The translations under genes were made by a program, and so were the position numbers. From an uncultured Bacteroidales bacterium (GTDB taxonomy: Bacteria; Hydrothermota; 32-111), in the NCBI GenBank assembly GCA_964544145.1, contig CAZJAT010000004.1, positions 16,177 to 80,176 of the forward strand: a stretch of 64,000 bases of DNA, written 5' to 3'. Below the pieces are notes generated by a model. The model had not been told where the DNA came from and did not search any database. It saw only the letters and a program-made list of their open reading frames with translations. How positions within the stretch are numbered: the stretch's first letter is position 1; each line of letters begins with the position of its first letter. This document shows, piece after piece, positions 50,532 through 59,913 of the stretch.

Positions 50532-51691
50532 CTGTATTGGACCTTCATATTCACACAAAATATTCCATTGCATGTTCAAGGGATGCTGATCTAGAAGGGT
50601 ATTCTCAACTGGGATTGAAAAAAGGAATAGATTATCTTGGTACAGGGGATATGTTTAAATCAGAGCATCTTGATGATATGAAAAAACATTTGTCAGAATG
50701 TGATAAGGGTGTTTATGAATATCATAAGCAGAAATTTTTTATTACAGGTGAAATATCACTAATATACAGGGAACATGATATTGTTAAAAAGGTTCATCTT
50801 CTGCTGATATTGTCTTCAGTAAAATCCGCATATGCTTTAAAGAAAATATTTTCTGCTTATGGAAAGCTGGAGTCAAATGGAAGACCGATTCTCAAAATAT
50901 CTGTCAGGGATGCTGTCCGAATGGTCAAGGATTTAGATAATGATGCAATCATTATTCCTGCACATATCTGGACACCTCATTTCGGAATTTTAGGGAAAAA
51001 ATCAGGATATGATTCGCTTCATGAATCAATTGAACACATTGAGTATTTCAGTGCATTGGAAACAGGATTATCATCTGACCCTGCAATGAATAGATATGTG
51101 GAAGAATTGGATGTTTTTAATCTGGTATCATTCTCTGATGCCCATTCTCCAGGCAGAATCGGCCGTGAATTTACATATGTAAAGAGTAAAGGCTTAAATA
51201 TAAATACATTAAAAGATGCATTAGAGAATAAAAATGATATGCTGATAGGAACAGCCGAATTCTATCCGCAGGAAGGGAAATATTTTGCATCAGGTCACAG
51301 AAAATGCAATTATTCAACATTGAATAATGAGCACATCTGTCCTGTATGCAATAAAACGCTTACAGATGGCGTGATGAGCCGTATAAAACAATTATCTTCA
51401 AGAAAATCACCTATTGCCCATAATAAAGAAGTGATATATGTATTACCTCTTGAATTGATTGCAAAGATGCTGAAAAAGAGAAAAATGGGTAAATCGGAAA
51501 AATCCATTCTTAAAATACTAGGTGATGCAATGCCTGAATCTCATCTTAAGGCATTTGCAGATAAAATTGAAATTGACAGGATACTGCCTTATGGTATAGG
51601 ATATATGATAGAAAAAATTAGAAAGGGAAAACTGAAATTTAATCCCGGATTTGACGGTGTATATGGTCAGCCTGTATTCAAGGAGGAATAA
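50516..51691 (+). CDS. PHP-domain metal-dependent phosphoesterase family protein
   Basis: The N-terminal LDLHIHTKYS (HxH) is the PHP signature. A Cys pair CPVCNK is present. It is about 390 aa. Confidence 0.5.
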   Translation: MYKDIAVLDLHIHTKYSIACSRDADLEGYSQLGLKKGIDYLGTGDMFKSEHLDDMKKHLSECDKGVYEYHKQKFFITGEISLIYREHDIVKKVHLLLILSSVKSAYALKKIFSAYGKLESNGRPILKISVRDAVRMVKDLDNDAIIIPAHIWTPHFGILGKKSGYDSLHESIEHIEYFSALETGLSSDPAMNRYVEELDVFNLVSFSDAHSPGRIGREFTYVKSKGLNINTLKDALENKNDMLIGTAEFYPQEGKYFASGHRKCNYSTLNNEHICPVCNKTLTDGVMSRIKQLSSRKSPIAHNKEVIYVLPLELIAKMLKKRKMGKSEKSILKILGDAMPESHLKAFADKIEIDRILPYGIGYMIEKIRKGKLKFNPGFDGVYGQPVFKEE

Positions 51692-52164
51692 TGGAACATA
51701 AATGGGCTCCATGGCGTATGGAATATATAGAGCAGAAGAAATCAGAAGATTGTATTTTCTGCAATAAAGAAGAGGAAATGGTAATAATGGATAATGAAGA
51801 GTTTATAATAATGATGAATAAGTTTCCATACAATAATGGACATATTATGGTGGCCCCACTGAAACATAATACAATGCTTGAAGCTTTATCCGAAGATGAG
51901 AGTAATAATTTAATGAGAGGTATTCAATTGGGCATTTCAATAATTAAGCGGGCATATCAACCTGATGGAATTAATGTCGGAATCAATATGGGGCAGAGTG
52001 CAGGAGCGGGAATAGATGATCATCTTCATGTACACATAGTCCCCAGATGGAATGGAGATACAAATTTTATGCCTATTTTTGCAGATACAAAATTGATATC
52101 TGAAGGACTGGCACAGACAAAAATCAGATTACAGAAAGCATTAAAGGAGCTGCAGAATGAATGA
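51691..52164 (+). CDS. HIT-family nucleotide hydrolase/transferase
   Basis: HLHVHIVPR is the histidine triad. It is 157 aa. Confidence 0.8.
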   Translation: MEHKWAPWRMEYIEQKKSEDCIFCNKEEEMVIMDNEEFIIMMNKFPYNNGHIMVAPLKHNTMLEALSEDESNNLMRGIQLGISIIKRAYQPDGINVGINMGQSAGAGIDDHLHVHIVPRWNGDTNFMPIFADTKLISEGLAQTKIRLQKALKELQNE

Positions 52165-52585
52165 ATCATTCCAATGGGTTTCCCATCCTGTCAAGGAATC
52201 ACCTAAAAAGAATCTGATTGCATTTGGAGGTATAATAGTTATTCTGGTCGGCGGTTACATATGGCTTTATATACCCGGTGTATTGTTGGGTTTAATAATA
52301 ATATCATTAACACTGCTGCCTTATTTCATGCCTACCAGATATATCATAAAAGATTCAGGCATAGAAGTTCATTATCTTTTCCAGAAAAAGACATATAATT
52401 GGAGTACATTCAGGTCATATTATAATGATGAAAACGGTATTCTTCTTTCCCCATTCAGGGTTCCCAACAGATTGGAGAATTTCAGGGGTCTATATGTGAG
52501 ATTCGGAAGTGAAAAAGAAAAAATACAGACATTAATATCCCATTATATGGATAATAATGCTAAAGAAAATCCCGAAAAAACTTAA
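52157..52585 (+). CDS. small membrane protein, bacterial PH-domain (YdbS/bPH_2-like) candidate
   Basis: Two N-terminal TM helices are followed by a soluble domain of about 80 aa. An ATGAATGA overlap couples it to the HIT gene. Confidence 0.35.
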   Translation: MNESFQWVSHPVKESPKKNLIAFGGIIVILVGGYIWLYIPGVLLGLIIISLTLLPYFMPTRYIIKDSGIEVHYLFQKKTYNWSTFRSYYNDENGILLSPFRVPNRLENFRGLYVRFGSEKEKIQTLISHYMDNNAKENPEKT

Positions 52586-52645
52586 TCATATATTGATTGG
52601 CAGAGCATCAATTAATGTCTCATAAGACTTGACACTTATTCTGCT

Positions 52646-54307
52646 TTGAGTACAATGATTATTATGGGAAATAGAAAGAGGTTAATCTATAGTTTATTTA
52701 CTATTGCACTAATTGCCATTATTCTTATAGGGATAAATCAGATCTTCATCAGTGACTATATATTCCGTTCTATTATGAGGAATCATAATAATACCATGAA
52801 ATCAGTGCTCAGTATATCAAAGACAGGTATATATCAATATCTCAGTTCATTAAAGTCGAATATTGAAACATTGACGGATCAGAATGATATAATGGATTTC
52901 AATGAGAATGGCAAGCATATTCTGGAACGGTTTCAATTAAAGTATAGAGATGTTTTTTCCAATGTTACCCGTATTGATGAAAAAGGCAATATACAGTATA
53001 CTGTTCCATTTGATGAAAAAGCAGTCGGGCGCAATGTGCTCTTTCAGGAACATAATAAGAAATTATTCCGTTTGAAAATCCCTATTATTTCAGCTCCTTT
53101 TGATGCTGTTCAGGGGTATAAAGCAATTGCAATTGCCATACCTGTTTTCAGGGATAGTATCATGATAGGTTCTGTAACAGGATTAATTCCATTTGATGTA
53201 ATATGGGATCTTTACATTTCACGCATAAATATTATGGAAAAGTCATTATTTATTGTATGTGATAATGATGGAAATATTATATATGGAATTGGAGGGGAAT
53301 GGAATGGCAATATTGATAATTTGAAGGATATAGAGTATTCATATACATTTTCACCTGATACAGGTGATTGCCCATTCATTTCCGAAGAGATTGTCTTTAT
53401 ACCTGAATGGAAGGGTGAATATGCTGTTATTGCTGACAAGATGGATATAAATGGCAATACATGGCATATCATATCATTGACATCTACTGATGATCTTAAA
53501 TTAAGGGGTATTAATATAGCCAGTACTCAGAGGGTTTTCACATATATTATCATTATTTTATTTGTACTTTTATCTGCAATTTTTCTAATTATATACAGTA
53601 TGGAATCAGAGAGAATGAGTTTGAAGATGAGAAATGCAATGGATATGAGTATTAAGATGGGCAAAGAAAAACAATTTTTTGAAGATGTGCTCAACAATTT
53701 ATTGGCAATGAAGCAGATTCTGATAATAATTATTGATGCTCACGGCGGGATTCATTTTATATCAAGACAGTATAAATATATCAATGATAATTTTTATAAA
53801 TTGATTGACAATAAACAAGCAGAAAAAATACGAAAAAATATTGAATTTTCACGCATTGCCAAGCAGGGATTTATGTCTATATTGAATCTTGGCAATGATA
53901 AAAGTAAAAACAGGTTTTTATTTTCAATTACCCCTGTATCAATGAATGAAGATGAGTATTCTGTTCTGATTGGTTTCCCTTATAATGAAAAAATGCCCCT
54001 TGCGACAAATGATATGAGTATTCATATCTTAGAGTGGTTCAATAGCGGCAATCCTAAAGCACTTTTAGATACATCCGGCAATATCATTATAGCAAATAAT
54101 ATGTTTACTTCTATGTTCCGACAAAACACTGCTTCTGTATGGGGAAATGAGAGCAAAAGGGTTATTAATGCCATAAAATGTTCAGTTAATGATATTCAGG
54201 ATATTACATTGAATATTCAATATGCCGGTAAGGGTATTATATTGAGAATATCTCCTATTATCAGTCCAATGCTGAAGGTCAATTATATTGCTGTTGATAT
54301 TCAGTAA
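52646..54307 (+). CDS. membrane sensor-like protein (TM - periplasmic Cache-like domain - TM - cytoplasmic PAS-like region) with no recognisable output domain
   Basis: TM1 is LIYSLFTIALIAIILIGINQIF. A soluble segment of about 260 aa follows. TM2 is VFTYIIIILFVLLSAIFLIIY. A cytoplasmic domain of about 230 aa follows. I see no HATPase, GGDEF or MCP motifs. Confidence 0.35.
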   Translation: MSTMIIMGNRKRLIYSLFTIALIAIILIGINQIFISDYIFRSIMRNHNNTMKSVLSISKTGIYQYLSSLKSNIETLTDQNDIMDFNENGKHILERFQLKYRDVFSNVTRIDEKGNIQYTVPFDEKAVGRNVLFQEHNKKLFRLKIPIISAPFDAVQGYKAIAIAIPVFRDSIMIGSVTGLIPFDVIWDLYISRINIMEKSLFIVCDNDGNIIYGIGGEWNGNIDNLKDIEYSYTFSPDTGDCPFISEEIVFIPEWKGEYAVIADKMDINGNTWHIISLTSTDDLKLRGINIASTQRVFTYIIIILFVLLSAIFLIIYSMESERMSLKMRNAMDMSIKMGKEKQFFEDVLNNLLAMKQILIIIIDAHGGIHFISRQYKYINDNFYKLIDNKQAEKIRKNIEFSRIAKQGFMSILNLGNDKSKNRFLFSITPVSMNEDEYSVLIGFPYNEKMPLATNDMSIHILEWFNSGNPKALLDTSGNIIIANNMFTSMFRQNTASVWGNESKRVINAIKCSVNDIQDITLNIQYAGKGIILRISPIISPMLKVNYIAVDIQ

Positions 54308-54327
54308 CATTTTCCTATAATTATTAC

Positions 54328-55335
54328 ATGAAAAAAATTATTGTCGGATATTCCGGCGGTCTTGATTCAACGGCAATATTACTGGATTTTGTTCAGCAGA
54401 ATTATAAGGTATATGCTGTGTATATAAAACTCAATGAAGATGAGGATATACCATTATTGCCTGAACAATTGCAGGAAATGGGCGTAGAGCTCATTGTTCT
54501 GGATAAAAGGGATCTATTCCGCAGATCTGTGATCAGATATTTTGCTGATTCATACAAAAAGGGGATTACACCAAATCCCTGCGCTATGTGCAACAGATAT
54601 ATCAAATTTGCCTTACTGAGTGAATATGCAGATGAACATTCCTATGACGGTTTCTCTACAGGCCATTATATTTGTATAAATAACGGTTTTATTGAAAACG
54701 CAGCTGACAGAGGAAAGGATCAGTCATATTTTGTATCAACTGTAAAAAAACAACATTTGGGTAATTTTATTAATAGCAGAAATTGCAATGCATTGAAAGA
54801 GGAGAATAGGAAATATGTAACAGAAGCCGGTATATCCATATCAGGCAGAGAATCACAGGATATCTGTTTTATTAAGCATAATTATATTGAATTTCTGGAA
54901 AGGAATATGGGATTCAGACCAATACCCGGTGATTTTATTGATGAGCATGGGAATCAATTGGGCAGATATGATGAATATTACAGGTTCACAATAGGAATGA
55001 GGAAGGGTTTTAAGCAGGGTTTCAATAAAAAAATGTATGTAAAAAAAATTGACATTAAAAACAGATGCATTGTGCTGACAGATAAAGATAAAATGAAATT
55101 TAGGGGTTTCCGGGCATTGATTATAAGCAGATTCTCTGATAATATTATACCGGATTCTGTAAAAACACGCTATAGGCAAAAAGCACTGCAAATTGACAGA
55201 TTGAATGCAGAAAATAATATGGCTGAATGTTTTCTTAAATCAGATGCCAATGATATTACACCGGGTCAGATTGCAGTTTTTTACAAAAACAATAGGGTGA
55301 TTATGTCTGCTGAGATTATAAAAGCAATAGAATAG
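54328..55335 (+). CDS. mnmA: tRNA-specific 2-thiouridylase
   Basis: The PP-loop is VGYSGGLDST. NPCAMCNRYIKF matches the MnmA catalytic Cys motif. Confidence 0.8.
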   Translation: MKKIIVGYSGGLDSTAILLDFVQQNYKVYAVYIKLNEDEDIPLLPEQLQEMGVELIVLDKRDLFRRSVIRYFADSYKKGITPNPCAMCNRYIKFALLSEYADEHSYDGFSTGHYICINNGFIENAADRGKDQSYFVSTVKKQHLGNFINSRNCNALKEENRKYVTEAGISISGRESQDICFIKHNYIEFLERNMGFRPIPGDFIDEHGNQLGRYDEYYRFTIGMRKGFKQGFNKKMYVKKIDIKNRCIVLTDKDKMKFRGFRALIISRFSDNIIPDSVKTRYRQKALQIDRLNAENNMAECFLKSDANDITPGQIAVFYKNNRVIMSAEIIKAIE

Positions 55336-55457
55336 AAGAATAGGGCTATGAGGAAAGTATTCAATCTAAACGAATTTATGGAATATCATTTTAATAGAGA
55401 TAATAGATAATTGTAAGAAAGAAATCAATTAATAGGGTGCAAATATTTTCATATGGA

Positions 55458-55486
55458 TTGACAAACATGCAAAAATTACATATAAT
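55458..55486 (+). promoter_or_regulatory. consensus sigma70 promoter TTGACA-N17-TATAAT
   Basis: TTGACA is at 55458-55463 and TATAAT at 55481-55486. It lies about 110 nt upstream of the 55595 ATG. Confidence 0.5.
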
Positions 55487-55543
55487 GATATGTATAAAAT
55501 ATGATAAATTAAATAATAGTGTGATATACACAAATTGTTAAAC

Positions 55544-55559
55544 TGGCACGCAAATTGCT
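55544..55559 (+). promoter_or_regulatory. perfect sigma54 (RpoN) -24/-12 promoter element TGGCACG-N4-TTGCT
   Basis: The sequence is ctGGCACGcaaaTTGCTa. It is positioned about 25-35 nt upstream of a strong SD (GGGAGGT at 55584-55590) and the ATG at 55595. Confidence 0.55.
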
Positions 55560-55594
55560 ATTTTAATTTGTAAATATATTACCGGGAGGTAAGG

Positions 55595-57559
55595 ATGAAA
55601 AGACTAATTGTCTTTCTGATAATTATTTTAACAGGATTGAGTATATTTTCGCAGAATTTTGCGAATATGGAAGTATTTATTTGGGATAATGATGATGGCA
55701 GGGCATTCCGCAATCCTGATAATCCTGAGAAATTCATTGGATTTGAAACAAATCTTATTAAGGCATTTGAAGATGTAGGATTTGATACTGATAATAAAAA
55801 CTTGACAATAGGCAGTGATTTCCCTGCTGACCCTTCCAGATATGCGGCGATTTTCATTATCAGCGGTGACAGACCATATACTGATCAATTATTCAAACCT
55901 GAAACTGTTGAAAGGATGATCAATTATTTGGAAAACTGGCATGGCTGTCTATATATAGAGGGTAATAATTATATTCACTGGTTTGCAGTCAATGGATATT
56001 CAGATTTTATGAAAAAGTATTTTAATATTGTATTATTGAATCCCGGAGATGGTTATGCAGGGTATGATACAATAAAAACAGATACATCCTGCACAATATT
56101 CCGCTCATATGAGATTGTATATCCGGAAGGCACTGCCCTTGATTTTAGTGTGGATGTATTCGGTGCTGCTGAACCGGATGATACATTCTATCATTCAGTC
56201 ATGGTCTATGATGCAAAGCAGAAACTCTATAAATCTACTGCTGCTGCATATACACCGCCTGATGATAAAAAGGAAATCGGTTCCAAATTTAAGACATTTA
56301 TGTCTGCTGTTGATTTTGGCGGATATTCAGCGCCTCACAGAAAATATGAGCAATTACCTGATTCAATTGAGAACCAATTAATTAGGACAGCATATCTGAG
56401 GGATATTATGCGTCTATTTTCTATAGGTAAGATATTGGTAATTAATCACACAGATAAGATAGATAATGACAGAATTGCGCAAGCATTGCAGAAGAATCGT
56501 CTTGAATTTGATTATATATATGTTGAACCGGGAAAGAGTGGTCCCTCATTTGATACATACAGTAAATATTCGGGTGTGATTTGGTATTCAATGAATTGTG
56601 ATATGGGAAAAAATATCAATTCATTTGATATTGATCAATTATCCATATATATGGATTATGGAGGAGCATTACTGCTCTCCGGGGAGGATATTGCTGAACA
56701 GATAGGTAATCCTGCCAAGGATGTTGAGATAGCGTTTTTGTCACATTATTTTGGTATTGACTATGTTGGTGAGAATCTGAATGACAAACAGCATAAAGCT
56801 GAACCTTCAAACATATATGGTCCTATGGGCGGTGTGGATATTTCGGTAGCACCTTCAGGTGATCTGTTCAATATTTGGAGATTCTCTGATGCTGAGCCTG
56901 CATTCTATTATAAATCCACAACAAAGGCTCCATTGCCATCAGCAGCGATTAATGATGCACCCGGATTTGAAGCTGCATTCTTTGCATTCCCTGTTGAGAA
57001 TATCATTGATAATGGTGCATTGGAATACTTTACTGCAATTACTGCAGTTGACTTCTTTGATTTTGATACAATGTTTGCCATTCATACAAATATTGAAGAG
57101 ATCAATGTATCATATACAAAGAATATCAATGATATAACATTCAATATTACATTGAATAATCCCGGTAATGGTGTATTGAAATTACAGAGGAATAATGATA
57201 TAGAAGAAACAGTGATAACATCTGATAATCAGACAATATATAAAATGACCAGCAATTATATCAGCGGTCTCTATGTAATTGAGTACAGTGTTGACGGAGC
57301 ATTGCAGACAGCTTTTTCAGTGAATATATCAGGCAGCGGAGAAACAGGTGAAAGGGTATATATGCTTAATAATATAATGTATATTGAATCAGAATCGGAT
57401 AATAGTGAAGTGGAGATATTTGATATAACAGGACAGCATATTGATAATATTACAGTTAATACAAAAACAGTATGGAATAGATATAATATAATGCCTTCAG
57501 GCATATATTTTATACGATTTAATGATAGCGGAAGTGTTCATAAAATATTGAAATACTGA
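55595..57559 (+). CDS. secreted 654-aa protein with a T9SS C-terminal sorting domain (function unknown)
   Basis: The signal peptide is MKRLIVFLIIILTGLSIFSQ. The C-terminal VEIFDITGQHI and GIYFIRFNDSGSVHKILKY look like CTD motifs D and E. Confidence 0.5.
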   Translation: MKRLIVFLIIILTGLSIFSQNFANMEVFIWDNDDGRAFRNPDNPEKFIGFETNLIKAFEDVGFDTDNKNLTIGSDFPADPSRYAAIFIISGDRPYTDQLFKPETVERMINYLENWHGCLYIEGNNYIHWFAVNGYSDFMKKYFNIVLLNPGDGYAGYDTIKTDTSCTIFRSYEIVYPEGTALDFSVDVFGAAEPDDTFYHSVMVYDAKQKLYKSTAAAYTPPDDKKEIGSKFKTFMSAVDFGGYSAPHRKYEQLPDSIENQLIRTAYLRDIMRLFSIGKILVINHTDKIDNDRIAQALQKNRLEFDYIYVEPGKSGPSFDTYSKYSGVIWYSMNCDMGKNINSFDIDQLSIYMDYGGALLLSGEDIAEQIGNPAKDVEIAFLSHYFGIDYVGENLNDKQHKAEPSNIYGPMGGVDISVAPSGDLFNIWRFSDAEPAFYYKSTTKAPLPSAAINDAPGFEAAFFAFPVENIIDNGALEYFTAITAVDFFDFDTMFAIHTNIEEINVSYTKNINDITFNITLNNPGNGVLKLQRNNDIEETVITSDNQTIYKMTSNYISGLYVIEYSVDGALQTAFSVNISGSGETGERVYMLNNIMYIESESDNSEVEIFDITGQHIDNITVNTKTVWNRYNIMPSGIYFIRFNDSGSVHKILKY

Positions 57560-57564
57560 ATACA

Positions 57565-58596
57565 TTATTGATTGGAAATGGCCCTGAAGAGATATTCTTT
57601 TTTCAGGGCTATTTTTTTGATACCCCTGTAAATATCCATTGAATCAAGAAGACCTTTCTCATACCAAGTGAGAATAGAATCTACCATTGGCTCATATAAT
57701 GTGTGATCCATGAGAATGAACATATCATTCCCGGCTTTTAGAGCATGAAATAGTGTATTAAACGGATCTTCATAGGCCTTGCATGCAATATCATCTGTTA
57801 GAATAATACTATTTACATTATCAAGCAATGATACTATTTTACCGGACATTACAGCAGGTATTGAATCAAGGAAAGGATAGATGAGATTGGATACCATTAT
57901 AAAATCAGCATATTGAGATAGATGCATAAATATTGAATATTCGGTTAAAAAATGCATCATATCACCTTTATATGTATGTATATCAGCATCAGAATTGTAG
58001 TAGGTATTGCCATAGCCGGGAAAATGTTTGAGTGTTGCCAGTATTCTATTGCTCTTATGATATGAGATAAAATATTTGGCAAATAATTCAATGGAATCAG
58101 GATCCCTGGATATATTCCTCTTAATCCTGTTCATATTTGCTCCATTTAATGTGCTGTAATCAATAACAGGAGCAAAATTAACATTAATGTGTGAGAGAGT
58201 CATCAGATTGCACTGATAATTCAATATTGAATCAATGACATTTATATGCATATGCGCCAGTTCATACATAGTGGGAAAATCCGATATAAAATGATATCTG
58301 TTAACCTTTCCTCCTTCCTGATCAATGCCGATAAATGGGGGAATGGAAAATTGAGCAAGTTTTGTATCATATTCTCTGTTAAGCATTTTTTCCAATACCT
58401 TAATGGATGGTATAATACCTCCAGGCTCAGTTTTAAATGATAAATTCTGAGGTGCATAGACAAAGAATCTCTGTCCGATAATATCTCTGAGTGAAAATGA
58501 CTTAATATACCTGTTTAATTGTGATGTCTTTATAGTATATGTAAATGCAGAGACTGCAAATAGAAAACACATGAAAATACAAATGATTTTTTTCAT
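57565..58596 (-). CDS. glycoside hydrolase family 3 N-terminal domain protein (beta-N-acetylglucosaminidase NagZ-like)
   Basis: ATLKHFPGYGNT matches the KHFPGHG motif of the GH3 catalytic region. A signal peptide is present. It is 343 aa. Confidence 0.65.
   Translation of the reverse strand: MKKIICIFMCFLFAVSAFTYTIKTSQLNRYIKSFSLRDIIGQRFFVYAPQNLSFKTEPGGIIPSIKVLEKMLNREYDTKLAQFSIPPFIGIDQEGGKVNRYHFISDFPTMYELAHMHINVIDSILNYQCNLMTLSHINVNFAPVIDYSTLNGANMNRIKRNISRDPDSIELFAKYFISYHKSNRILATLKHFPGYGNTYYNSDADIHTYKGDMMHFLTEYSIFMHLSQYADFIMVSNLIYPFLDSIPAVMSGKIVSLLDNVNSIILTDDIACKAYEDPFNTLFHALKAGNDMFILMDHTLYEPMVDSILTWYEKGLLDSMDIYRGIKKIALKKEYLFRAISNQ
57581..57618 (+). terminator. rho-independent terminator-like hairpin (8-bp stem GCCCTGAA/TTCAGGGC, 13-nt loop) followed by TATTTTTTT
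   Basis: It lies 22 nt after the stop of the 55595 gene. It overlaps the last codons of the convergent GH3 gene. Confidence 0.45.
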
Positions 58597-58665
58597 ATAT
58601 CTATTCTATGAGAGTATAATTTACTGTCAAGCATATTATTTGCATTGAAGAGATTTTGAAAGTAT

Positions 58666-58693
58666 TTGACAATTAACAGTATGTATATATAAT
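58666..58693 (+). promoter_or_regulatory. consensus sigma70 promoter TTGACA-N16-TATAAT for panD-lipA
   Basis: TTGACA is at 58666-58671 and TATAAT at 58688-58693. An SD (GTGAGG) lies before the ATG at 58719. Confidence 0.5.
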
Positions 58694-58718
58694 AATAAAC
58701 TAATTAAGTGAGGTACAG

Positions 58719-59090
58719 ATGCAAAGAATAATGACAAAGTCAAAATTACATAAGGGTATTGTCACATTTACTGATATTAATTATGAAGGCAGTATTTCCA
58801 TTGACAGAGATATGATGGATAAAGCTGATCTATATGCCGGTGAGAAAGTACTTGTCATTGATATAAACAATGGAAACAGATTTGAAACCTATGTAATTGA
58901 AGCTGATAGAGGAAGCAAAGAGATAGGCATAAACGGCGGTGCTGCGCGTTTAGTGCAGAAGGGTGATCAATGTATTATTCTGTCATTCGGACTTTATTCA
59001 GAAGATGAATTGGATGCTTATAGGATGAAGGTAATTGTATTAAATGATAACAATGAGATAATCAATGAGTTTGCCAAGGGAATACATTAA
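58719..59090 (+). CDS. panD: aspartate 1-decarboxylase (pyruvoyl-dependent)
   Basis: KSKLHKGIVTFTDINYEGSISID carries the Gly-Ser self-cleavage site. The GINGGAARL region is present. It is 123 aa. Confidence 0.85.
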   Translation: MQRIMTKSKLHKGIVTFTDINYEGSISIDRDMMDKADLYAGEKVLVIDINNGNRFETYVIEADRGSKEIGINGGAARLVQKGDQCIILSFGLYSEDELDAYRMKVIVLNDNNEIINEFAKGIH

Positions 59091-59913
59091 ACTTCTGACT
59101 CCCAAATCTGCCAATAGTCATGTTAAAGAAATACTTGATATGTCAGGGGTTCTCCACACAGTATGCGAGGAAGCACTATGTCCAAATAGAGGAGAGTGCT
59201 TCAAATCGGGCACAGCTACATTTTTGATAATGGGCAATATCTGCACAAGGGATTGCGCATTCTGTTCAATCAAACATGGCAAACCGGAACAGATTGACAA
59301 AAGGGAAATAGAGGACATTGTACATGCAGTGCACTCAATGAATTTAAGATATGTTGTTATTACATCAGTAACAAGGGATGACCTTACTGACGGCGGGGCA
59401 TTCTATTTCAATGCTGTTGCACGCAGATTGAAGGCATATAATAAAAATATTATTATTGAAATGCTGATACCTGATTTTAAACAGAACATGGATAATCTCA
59501 AATTACTTGAAAACAATTATATTGATGTACTTAATCATAATATTGAAACTTCCGAGGGATTGTATAATATAATAAGAAAAGGAGCTGATTACCGTTTTTC
59601 GCTTTCATTGCTGAAAGAGGCAAAGAAAATGGGTTTTATAACAAAATCAGGTATAATGCTTGGTGTGGGTGAAGATGAGGAAGATATAAAAAAGACAATT
59701 AATGATATTCAGAAAGCTGATGTTGATATTCTGACAATAGGCCAGTATATAAAACCATTGAAGAATAATTATGATGTAAAGAATTATTATTCAGTTGATG
59801 AATATCAATATTATGGTGATTATGCTCATAAATCAGGTATTAGAAAGGTTATTTCAGGTGTTTTTGTGCGTTCATCATATAATGCATATTCAGCATATAA
59901 GGAGATAATGTGA
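59065..59913 (+). CDS. lipA: lipoyl synthase (radical SAM)
   Basis: CEEALCPNRGEC is the auxiliary cluster motif. CTRDCAFC is the radical SAM CxxxCxxC motif. The start may instead be the ATG at 59140. Confidence 0.9.
   Translation: MSLPREYIKLLTPKSANSHVKEILDMSGVLHTVCEEALCPNRGECFKSGTATFLIMGNICTRDCAFCSIKHGKPEQIDKREIEDIVHAVHSMNLRYVVITSVTRDDLTDGGAFYFNAVARRLKAYNKNIIIEMLIPDFKQNMDNLKLLENNYIDVLNHNIETSEGLYNIIRKGADYRFSLSLLKEAKKMGFITKSGIMLGVGEDEEDIKKTINDIQKADVDILTIGQYIKPLKNNYDVKNYYSVDEYQYYGDYAHKSGIRKVISGVFVRSSYNAYSAYKEIM

Noticed and set aside
52586-52645. TTGACA hexamer and short ATTGAT/ATCAAT inverted repeat before the sensor-like gene
   Set aside because: No acceptable -10 element sits at 16-18 nt spacing, and the 6-bp inverted repeat is too short to call an operator.
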